The notes under the pieces were generated by a model. That model searched no databases. It was not told the origin of the DNA and was given only the letters and a program-made list of their open reading frames with translations. Both the position numbers and the translations under genes were made by a program. Shown here one piece after another: positions 1-11,600 of a stretch of 64,000 nt of DNA. Source of the DNA: Ostrea edulis (taxonomy: Eukaryota); contig NC_079170.1 of assembly GCF_947568905.1 (NCBI RefSeq), forward strand, positions 53,010,001 through 53,074,000, written 5' to 3'. Each line of letters starts with the position of its first letter. The first letter of the stretch is position 1.

Positions 1-39
1 AAGAATAGGCGCCCTCCACCTGGCATGAGAAGTATGTTC

Positions 40-318
40 AACAGGTTTGACGGTCCTAACCACAATAGTTCGGTCTGTATTTTGCCTACAAGGCTTTCAT
101 ATTAACATATACTATGAACTTGACTTTAAATCTCTGACCTTGATAAACAATAGGCATCTTTCTCTCATCATGGTGATCAAATGTACCAAGTTGCAAGATC
201 TTAGAGCTTACAGTTCATTTTGTATTTTGTTTACAAGGTCCGGACAGACGGACGGACGGACAGACAGACGGACGTAGTCATACTATGATATGACACATCT
301 TTGACCGGCGTATAAAAA
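40..318 (+). mobile_element. HINE/pearl-like (Helentron-associated) element, 3' part
   Basis: core unit (tgaccttga...aaacaataggcatctt...tgtaccaagttg), (GGAC/GACA)n tract at 241-273, terminal ...ggcgtataaaaa. Confidence 0.65.
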
Positions 319-633
319 CGCTATAAACAATACAATAAAACTTGAAAAATAAGAGACCAATTCCTAAATGGTGAAAATGTACTTATCAAAGTTATAGTGA
401 CCTATGACAAGAGTCTGATTTGTCACCTATTGTAAGAACATCTAAAGGGAAGAAGACGAGAACCACTGTTTATATCATATGATTAAATTGTCACGTGATT
501 CTCAGCGTTGACAGAGGTGTAAGTGAAGGTTGCTAGAGGTAGAGAAAATGGTCCATTTTATGTAGTGATTGCTCCATTGCCAAAATATAGGCATTTGGAA
601 GAAAGAGTAACAGATCGTTAGGATGAGATCTAA

Positions 634-1102
634 AACAAGAGTACCGCAAAAGATACAACATACGCCCGTTAGACTTTCAGTGCAATTATCTGTATCCATG
701 ACGAGAAGACATTCTTCGCTAGGCATAAAATGCATGTGTACCAAGTATGACTGTCCTAGCCCTAACGATTCGGTCTGTATCCTGCCTACATAATTTCCCT
801 ATCAATTGATACGACCTTGACCCTTGACTTTGAAAAACAATAGGCATCTTCCTATCATCATGATTGTTTAATGTACCAAGTTGTAAAACCATAGCTCCAA
901 TAGTCTGTATTTTGCCTACAAGGTTTTAATATGAATTGATTCTACGACCTTGACCTTTGAGCTTGAAAAACAACAGACATATTCCTCTCATCATGGCGAT
1001 TAAACGTATTAAGTTGTTGGAGCTTAAGATTTGTTTTGCATTTTGTCTACAAGGTCTAGACGATATACCATCATACCTCCTGTCTTCAACAGGCATATAA
1101 AA
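634..1102 (+). mobile_element. HINE/pearl-like element
   Basis: starts aacaagag, subterminal tacgcccg, two core units like those at 40-318, ends cctgtcttcaacaggcatataaaa (short hairpin). Confidence 0.65.
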
Positions 1103-2096
1103 TACATATTTATTAACATAAAACATTTATGGATACTGTATTCATAATTACCGCCACTGTCTATAAATACCATCTATTATTTTTGGTACTTGCGCATGCG
1201 CAACGTGGTAGCGTCACGCCATTTTTTATTCGATGTTTACAATTGTGTTTGGAAGATTTTACCACCACCCACCCCACCTCCTAGCGGAAGATACCCCATC
1301 TTTGACACTTTTTGTATAAACAATTTGCCATATAACTTGAGGTTTTTTCTAGTCATAATATTGTATTTATGATTTTTTATATTGTAGTTTTTAGGATTGT
1401 GGCATTTTTGTAATGTTTTATTAGTCACAATTCCTTAGCATGAATTGCAGTATTGTGTTCTTAGTTTGTTATATTTTTAACTGTTTTATATGACTTTTTG
1501 GTGTAATACTTTGTCATTTATTAGTTAATAAATGACCATTCTAATTCCTCAAACTGTGTTGTGTTTAATTGAGTCAAACAGAGCACCACCCTATCAGTTA
1601 TTCATAAAACCGATTCTGTGTTATTGCACGCGGTGACACGGTAACAAATCCTCATCGTCAAGAGTGACATACACAAATCTAAATTTGTGGCTCTTCACTA
1701 CCGGTGGCGACTTCTAAGTCTGAGTGAAAAATTCTTGAAGGGACGTAATAACGTTTTTAATGCCAAGTTCTGGTTCCGCGTGTATCACGAAGCGTATACA
1801 TACAACTAACACTATCTGAAGTTATGTATACATGTACAGATCAAACGAAACTTTATACTGACGACTTCTTGAACATATTAGATAAACTCATGCTGTGTTC
1901 TTCGATAGGTGATAATTGATTTCAAAACAGAACTGTTCATTGGGATAACCCAGGCAATCACTCGATAAAACAAGCACATTCGGAGGTATACGTAATAGGA
2001 CCATGATCACCGTTTCAGGTACATTTACATAACTGTTCCTCGTGTACATATGGAATATGGTTGTGTAAAGTTGGGTACACTTGTTTCTTCTGGAAA

Positions 2097-2330
2097 TATT
2101 TTTACATTGCATTCGGGGCATACGTTCACATTATGTTCGGAGTATACTTCCATACTATGTTTGGACAATGCTTTCATATTACGTTATGGGGACACTTTCA
2201 TATTACGTTCGGAGTATAATACCATATCATGTTAGGAAAATACTTTCATATTATGTTTGGGGGATACTTTCATATTACCTTCGGGGTATACTTTCATATC
2301 ATAATCGGGATATACTTTTATATCACGTGA
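2097..2330. repeat. degenerate ~24-bp minisatellite, about 10 copies
   Basis: unit close to tactttcatattacgttcggggta. Confidence 0.8.
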
Positions 2331-2485
2331 ATTCTCTGCATTGATTCTTCGGTTTGTCGTGGTTAAGCAATTAAGATAGTCTAATACTGATGATAGTAAA
2401 ACTGCTCCTGAAAAGAAATCAATGACTGGGGACCTATTCTAACCCGGATCACCAAGGGAACAAACCATAATTAAGAAATACAAAC

Positions 2486-2690
2486 CTGAGAATCTTTGAA
2501 AAAGTTATACAATAGGATGTCGTCGAATTCGAGACCTTTCGACTCATAGATAGTTAGAACGATGCCTTGTTGTAATTCCTCAGGTAAAGTTTCTCTGGAT
2601 TCCTCATTCACCACTAAAACTGCCTGGTGAGCACCAAAGTCAATTCCAGATGTTGATTTCTTCTTCCCTTTCAGAAGCACACCTAAATCA
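2486..2690 (-). CDS. TRANK1: exon 26 (motif V)
   Basis: ttttag|SDLGVLLKG...DFGAHQAVLV...LTIYESKGLEFDDILLYNFFKDSQ|gtttgt; phase 2 to 0; next exon not found in 1-2485. Confidence 0.93.
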
Positions 2691-5600
2691 CTAAAAATGG
2701 AAACAAGACCGAATAACTTTCTGGAATATAATGCTACATGTACTTCAAAAAGTGGTTCATTGGCAAAAATGCTCGCCTGGGCAGTTTTATCTTCTATTAA
2801 AATTTCCAAATCCCAACTCTTGCCCTTGAGGTGCTTATGTGAGCAGAGATAGCATGTTAATCAACTGTCATATTCTACCTAATAACTCAGGTAGTAAAAC
2901 CTTTTGAATTCTCTTAAGTATATTTTCAAAATCCTCTAATGATTGATCCCTTATCCTAAGATTGATATGAACTCATATCATTATCCCGCTTATGACAAAT
3001 TTGTAGATATACATGTATGATTGGACAAAACTGAATCACACGACGCCCCCAAATCTTCAATACACCGTCTCCGTGGAGAGGGTGTATCAGTTTGACAATT
3101 GTTACTTACTAATAGAATATCTTATATCACTTATACACGAACTGTTTATGTTTATGTATCTTTAATTTTTATGTCCATCGGATGGGACATTAAATGGTGA
3201 CTCGTGTCAAGGATCACAACCCCCTTGGTACGCAAAAGATTGTTTCCCTGCTTTTCGAATAAGTGTAAGCTCATTGGGGTCCGGCAGTAAACCTCAAAGT
3301 CAAACATATTCCAATTGATTAATATCCGTAAAATTGCTGAAATGTTGCCAAAAATGGTGCAAAACTGTAACCATCTTAATTATATGATATTCAATGTTAT
3401 ACATGTATAGTATGGTGTTCAATTTCATAATTAAAAACAATTTATCAAAGATGCTGCTGAAACCTGAACAAATTTTCTAAAGGTATTCACCGATATAAAA
3501 TCGTTACACAGTCAGTTTGGTACATAATACGGAGTCATTCAGGGTGTGAAATGAAAATCCATATTGGGACTCTGTTTCGCCTCGCCCAATACAGATTCCC
3601 ATTTCACACATTAGATGATTCCGTATTATGTGCCAAACTGACCGTGTAATTCATAATTTAATTGAACGTTGTTTCGATATCAATTTGACATTCTAAGCCC
3701 TGTGGTTCTTCCAAATAGTGTCCTATGTATTCATTTGTAAACTTTTAACCTCCCTTTGTCGTCCTGCTTCGGGAAATCATACTTTGGAAATCTCAAAGGT
3801 AGTCTATATCCCGATGTTTGTTTATAAATTTAACATACAATAGCCTTTTGATGTTCGATAATCAAAATATTTCTTGAAATAAACTAATATATGAATTACA
3901 GTTTATACATTTTTATATCAAAAAGAGCTGCTTCTTCAATCAATATTGAACTGGAGAATATTCATACTTTTTATGAAACATCGAAAAACATACTTCGTTC
4001 AATACCACCTTGATTCTACGTACAAGAACGCTGAAGGTGATATTTAAAAGATGCTGGAGTACCTCAATGATGATATCTTTGTAGTTATTGGTGATCAGGT
4101 CCTTCAATAGTCTTTTGGAAATATCATGGGCACGAATTGTGTTCCTTTATTAGCTTACCTGATCTTATATTCTTACGAGGGAGGCATAATTCATTTAAAA
4201 GCTTATACATGAGAAGTTGAAAATATCTTGTGGTGACTTCCAACTCGACATTTAGATATATTGAAGACGTTCTTTCTATTAATAATATTGACTTTCATTC
4301 GTATGTCCATTTGATATATCTCAGTAAACAAAAAAAAAGGACAACAGAGTCTTCAACATCTACTTCTTACTTGAATATTTCATTGAACATAGATGTTAAC
4401 GGCAAACTATCAACTCAACGGAATGGCTTCAGTTTCGTCATAGTTACCTTCCCTTATTCATGTAGCAATATTTCATTATCACATGCATATTGTGTTTATG
4501 CCTCTCAACCGATTCGATACGCAAGAGCATGTTCTATGAATGATTAGTTTTATAATCGAAGTACGCTAGTGACAAGTACGTTGATGTTAAAGTCTGCATT
4601 TTGCAAACGGCCTATGGTAGTTTTAACATCTAATTTACAAATACAACCTGCCATTATGATTATGGTTTTCAAGGATTTTCTTCGACATATTTCTACTTAA
4701 ATTTCACACCACTATTGTAGCCCAATTTTGTCATTGAAGGCATGGTTTAAACACACTTGAACTAACAGTACATGAACATTTTGCGTATCAATTTCACATA
4801 TTTAAACCTTAAGGCTTTTGCGAAGAATGGTTTGAAATAATATGTATTCAGATGTCAAATTTTAAACTTCTCATGTGACCAAATCCACACCTAAGTGTCA
4901 TAATGGGAGTGTTCAGTGCAAGCGGAATTTGACATATTGTGCTCCTTTGTTTGACAAATATATTTCTAATAATGTTTGAGAATAATCCTTTATAAATCAT
5001 TGCAATTCAATTGTGATTGTTCTATACCGACATCGGGGGTGCTGATGGGATACGTTCATACATTATCAAAATCATGTTGTTGTTTTTTCTCTTCAAATGT
5101 TATATGCTGCCGTGACTGATCATATCTTATACACTTGAAAAGTAATATACTACTAGGAGCATATACAGATGTACCTGTATGATGAAATAACATTTGATTA
5201 GATATACATGTATAGGGAAAACAGCTCTGTATTGTAACCAGTACATTAGTGATAGAAAGAATACATTATATCGCAAGTACATGTTGGAAACTGGTATACC
5301 ATTAGCTACTTGTGCTGTAAGTACTGTCTTTTCAATATACATACTTTTATATAAAAATAAATTGTTAAGTTACTGGCTCATATCGTATCTTTGTTTTAAA
5401 AAAAATAGTTACGACAGGGATTCTATGTAACAAAGCCATCTAATACCACTAAAGTTACACTTTGCCGCGATCAAAGGTCAATTGGTGAAAAGTCAAATTT
5501 TCCTTCTTTACCCTACCAAATTGAAGAGGTTGCTAATGTGAGTTATAGTAAATCATTGAAATTTCATACACGTTGTAAGGGTCCCGCCACCCTAGGGCAT

Positions 5601-8600
5601 TATTGTAGTTGACTGCAATACGCAATTTTCGAGTTGACCAATAGTTCTTTCCCTTTGTGGAACTCTTACGCACAGTGAGACGCAAAACATACAATCGTCC
5701 ACACGCGCTGGGTACAAATGCTTATCACTGCCTTCATATATTGCCTACAGGCCGATTATCATACATTATGCAACCACCCAAACTGCAGGGACACACAATA
5801 TTAGTAAGTTTATTAGTATTTGATAATAAAATAGCTCAAACAAAACTCGATAATCACCATTTCTCTTTGATTAAAATATCACTCGTGCAGAGGATGAAAT
5901 AAAAATTAATTTATATTTAATTTGATGACCTATTTCAAACAAATATTGTACTTGATATGGTCAGTTTAATATATACCAACGGCTGATATAAACAAAATAT
6001 ATAGTTTCATTACTTTTATCCGTATTTACATAGCTAGTCTATAATATATATACATCTTGTACCCACTCAAGCGTTCAACAGAACACTGAACGTACCTCCA
6101 TCACAGAAGAGCTGATATCTCGGAAGTTGCGTATTGATGGGAAAATATTTTTTTAAAGCTTCAGATCAGAAAATTACATGGGCCAACATAGGGACTGTTC
6201 GTGAAGCAGAAGATGGCAGACAAGGGATGTAACTTGTTCATAATTGGATATTGCATTAGTATACATACCTACGATCCTGTATTTCAAGGAGAATTGGAGC
6301 TGGACCTTGAAACAATCCTTTGTCTTTTTGAAGAACATCAAAAGAATCTGGGAAGTATTCTACAAGAATGTCTAGAATACCTGATGCTAGGTGCAATATT
6401 CCAGCATGGGAACGATAATTGTGAGTCAGCTGATAAATCTGTGAAGAAAGATAATACAAATCAAATCAATGCAATCAAGATATTGGCATGCAAAATATGG
6501 CAATAAATTACATTAGAATATTTTTAAAAAGTGAAACCAAGCGTTTGCCTTGTTGGGAATTTGGATGTCCTGAAAATCTCGCCTAGATTCTTTTGCGTGG
6601 TGAAAAAGTGATCGAAGGTCTTTGAACCGAAAGGAAATGCCTCGCATTATACCCTGAGCTGTGTCCCCAGTTAGGAACATATTATTTGGATTTTGGCAAA
6701 TACTTAAAAGCAAATAAAGTTCGGCTTGAGTAAAATCTTGTGTTTCATCCACATAAATTTCTTGGATACCCCATCTGCCTCTCCCTGTTTCTTGAAGTCT
6801 GAAAAAGAAATACAATATGATATGTTCAGCACAACTACGTAAAATTTGGTTTTACTATTCTCAGTGACTAAACAGCTGTCAATTCAACTGATACAAAAGT
6901 GATAACCTGTTAAAAATATTCCTGACGACATCTGTTTCATCAAACAGGAAGTGTTGCTTCAAGTAATGTTTGTATTTTAGAAATATTTCATAGACTCTCT
7001 CACGTTCTCCTGCAAAATTGGGTGCTTTTTTCCTTCCATGGCTAATATATTCCTCTTTGCTAAGATATCCATGCTTTTGCAACAACGCCTCATATGATCC
7101 TTTAATGAATGACATGATCTCCATCCAAATGAGAGATGGATGATAATGATCACTATCTTTTTTAATTTTTGGCCATACTAAATTGGAAAATAAGTCATAA
7201 GTAACTTCTCTTCTAAAGCCGGTTTTTCTTTTGATTGCATTTGCATCATCGCTGAGGCCATCTTCTTCATCTCTGCCACCTATTTCTTCATCTGATTCGG
7301 ATTCAGAATCGTAATCAAGTTTGGGAAGAAAGCTAAGGGACTCTTCTTCATTTGTCCACCCAGGTATATTTTCCTAAATTAGAATTTTATGATACTCAGA
7401 CACATTTGACCTGCCACCAGCAAATAATTCTTGTCTACTAAAATTGATAAAGAATCTTATTTATTTTTGAAAATTTGAATGCAAGTTGTATATTATTGAG
7501 ATTATAGACTCTTTCCGGGAAATTTAATGTAACAAACGTTTCGCACAATAAAATATTTATGTCAACTATTGTAGATGAATTTTCGTTTGTACTAGAATAT
7601 AATATACAACAATTCTTCCATTTAAGACCCACCTCTATATTAAAACAACACTTTATCGAAGATCACCAAATACACGTTGTACATAACTAGATTTTATGAC
7701 TGTCAAAACATTCTATAAGCATGGTTCTGTTCAGCCCATGTAAAATTTTATACTTTACTGGAATTAAGATATTGTACAAGCATATAGGTTATGGTTTATT
7801 TTATTTTAATCATTCACAAATACATATATATTGTCTCGTGGGAATTATGAGATTGATCGCTGTTCGTTATCTTCCGGTTTGTTGAATTTCTAATAGCCAA
7901 CAATGAAAGGTGAAGGTAACGAACAGTGAGAAATCTCATAACTCCTATAAGCAATACAAAATAAAGAGGTGGGCAAACACAGACCCCTGGAAATACCAGA
8001 GGTGGGATCAGGTGTCTAGGAGGAGTAAACATCCCTTGTCGACCGGTCACATCCGCCATGAGCCCTATATTTTATGTTATAAAGTTGTTAATTGTAAAGA
8101 TTTCTAATTGCCAAATATTTTGAAATTTACCAAAATATTCCCAGATACATCTCGTCGAAAAAATGGATTCGGAAGAGATGCATCAATCATGAGCAAAAGC
8201 TTCCTTGATGTTGTAAAAAGCGGAAATTGATTATTCTGAAGATCCTGAAGTGTTGATGGCAAAGGCTGGACCTCATTTGTAAGGTTTTGGAATCCAACAG
8301 TGCTACAACTTCTCATTTCAGCAAAACTTTTTTGAACCTCGTTGCATAGCACAAGATTTTTGGTGATGAATAATTGCCGCATATCATGGTTTAGCTTCTC
8401 TAAAACCTCCTCATCCTCTTCTTCATCTGGTGATAAAGTAAAGCAAAAATTACAAGTAAGAAAAAATTATCTGTTTAACTAGACTGTACCAACAAACCGT
8501 TGTGTCAGCTGAAATTATATCAGTATGTGTGGTTCCAGTTATAGATCTATAACATAGGTTATACCTATCCATTTTTATGCAAGGAATACACGTACTTAAA

Positions 8601-11600
8601 ATCAATACTCTTTCTCGTACAGTTGTAGGGTGTGCCATATTAAAGTATGGAGTATTTACAGGACTTTTGTATAATTCAAACGGATTTTCCCTGGTACTGA
8701 ACGTTGGGATTTGATATAATGAGTGGTTAAAGCAATAAGATCACCACATATAGAAAACGGGACATCAAGTGACACACATCACGAGCTATTAACCACCATT
8801 GATAATGACCCCAATTAAGAATTTGTTTGACGACTTCATCGATGACTTTTATTTATGTAGGTATAGAGCATAAAATGTCGATATAAGTCAAGAGATCACA
8901 AACGATATATGACGGGGATATTGTTGAACATGAGAAAAAAACTTCACAGTTAGGGGGGTATGGTGTTATTGACGGACAGATGGATGGACTACAGACTTAT
9001 GAAAGGTGGAAACAACAGTGGTCAATCTCATAACTTCTATAAGGACTACAAAACCCCTAGACATACCAGAGGTGGGATCAGGTGCCTAGGAGGAGTAAAC
9101 ACCCCCTGTCGACCGGTCAAACCCGCTGTGAGCCCTTTGTCTTGATCAGGTAAACGGAGTAATCCGTAGTCAAAACAAGTGTGCCAAGAATGCCCTAACA
9201 ATCAGTACGAAATACATAAGAGAGCATTTTACCCAATGATAGGTTGTATTGGCACACTAGATCCTAAAAACGAACATAGAATTTGTGACTAATGACGTAC
9301 AAAGTGATATCATAGTGTGTCACTAACCTTCGAAGATGATAAGACACAAGAGCAAGAGTATAGTGAACCAGGGATATATTTACGGAATAGTTTTACCTTG
9401 CAAATTCAAAGTCTCTTTCTTCTCTGCAACATGCCTACTGTGACAATCATATCGACTCCAGAGTCGATAAATACAACACGTTGTTTTCCCTGTTCCACTC
9501 CTTCCTAGCAACAAAATCGGAGCAGTTGAAGTTAAATTTATTACTTGATGTTCTATTTCTGTCACCTTGAACGGAAAATCCCCGGTACAAATTTTGCTTT
9601 GTAAAGCACAAACTGCCATATCGGTTGTAAAAGTAAAGAATTTTAAAAGGTGATACTCAGTGGCCAGATGACTGGCTGGGAGTACTAATTTCACAACCTT
9701 CTCTATATCTTCTTGCAATTCAGTTGGTGAACACTCGAAATATTTTCTTGGTATTCGTTTTCCTTTAGCAAGAGTTTGGTCAAGTTTTGAGGAGCATGAT
9801 ACATATCTGTCAACCATGCATTCTTCACCTCTTAAGCATGATTCTGTTATTTTTTTCAAGGCTTTTTCCTTTTCATCCCAATTTCTTACAATATCCCATA
9901 CCCTAATCACCTCTGAGTAAACACCTCTTGATCTAGAAGCAGCATCAATATCTGTCAGTCTGGGAGAGAAACAGATTGCTATTTCCCATAATAATGGTCC
10001 AGAGTCGTATATTTCAATTGTCTCATCCAGTGTAATTAGATCTAGTTTTAAGCAAACACTATTTGATAGATCACCGGAAACAAGGGTTTGAAGTTTTCGA
10101 ATGGCATCAATCTTCTGTAGCTGTGTCAAAGATGAGCCCATAAGCTTTTTCCATACATCATGCGTACATTCTATTTCCCATTCTTGATTTTCAAAAAACC
10201 CAGGTTTAATCTAAAAGCATAAAAGTAATTCAATATATACTTGTTTTAATCATATTGTTATCATTTTTTACTGGAAACAGTTGTTATATATTGGTTATAC
10301 ATAATACTTTTTCTTGTACGCTACATGTACATGTACCTGCTTAATATCAATTTACTGATTTATGTTTATAATTTTGATTACATGCATCACTTACTTGAAA
10401 ATCTGTTTCCCCTTCATTTGCGCTCTCAACTGTATTTTGAATTTCTAAAACGTTTCGAGGCCCCTTGATGCAAGGAAAAGACAATACAATGCATGAAATA
10501 ATTGTTGAAATCATATGTTTAATCAGGTACATAATCACTCAATCCGATGTGTGACTTCAGTGCAGATTTATGTGTGTGTGTATTGTTTAACGTCTCGCTC
10601 AAGAATTTTCACTCATATGGAGACTTCACTATTGCCGGTGAAGGGCTGCAAAATTTAGCCCTATGCTCAGCGCTTATGGTCATTGAGCAGGAAGGGATCT
10701 TTATCGTGCCACACCCGTTGTGTTGTGATACGGGACCTCGGTTTTTGCGGGCGGACCGCCTCATTAAGTCGCCTCTTACGACAAGCAAGGGGTACTGAGG
10801 ACCTATTCTAACCCGTATCCCCACGAGATTTTATGTAATTTGCAAATCTTTAATTATCATTTCGGTAAAAGGATTACATATATGTACATACAATGTATGT
10901 GTATATGTTGTAGTAAATACATTGGATGTAAAAATACCGATTTCATTGTATAGAATCTCCTTATAATCTCCAGTCTCGATGTACATCTACGTTGGATACA
11001 TTAACGACAGGGGAACTCCCACAACACTCGTGAAACCATGCACATATTGTCGGTGAATCCGAAAACTAATTAAAATTTTGCCAGGGAAGAGAAATGATGT
11101 TGCAAAAAAGAGCTTGAAATCAATTCGAATGTGACATGATAAGGTAAGCATGCTCGTACATCTTATGCATTCAATGTATGTGACTAAGAGGTAACGATTG
11201 TTGTTTTGTGGAGTTCCCTCGTCATTCATTTCAGACCCTTGCTTTCTTACCTGCAGGTCGTGTATGTACGTTACGACTTATAGCTACTATTCACCAGATG
11301 ACACTTCTGTAGTTAGTTTTGTGTAAATTGGTAATATCAATAGGAAAGATTCTCCTTTCAGCTTACACAATGACACATCTTAATTTGTGTATACATGCAG
11401 TTATTATCATCAAATTATTTTACTTAGAATCTATTTCATTTAACTATAATTCAACAGACTACTTTACGCATAAAATGAAAATTAGAATTAAGTCAATGTT
11501 TTCGCTATTTTGAAGCATTACCTATGATTTTCGGGTTTATATCTACATCTTTTGAAATTTTGATTACATGTATTTAAACATCCAATATTCGCATTAATTT

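Noticed and set aside
502-650. Possible next or terminal TRANK1 exon
   Set aside because: A phase-0 reading stops after three codons, there is no expected post-motif-V sequence, and the apparent acceptor is the start of a HINE.
6201-6506. Plus-strand ORFs antisense to exons (also 12619-13041, 13909-14292, 29460-29657, 33376-33663)
   Set aside because: Shadow ORFs of the real minus-strand exons.
7814-8059. Recurrent ORFs of the type MAGVTGRQGMLTPPRHLIPPLV... as a gene family
   Set aside because: They are translations of the non-coding 3' region of the PLE repeat.
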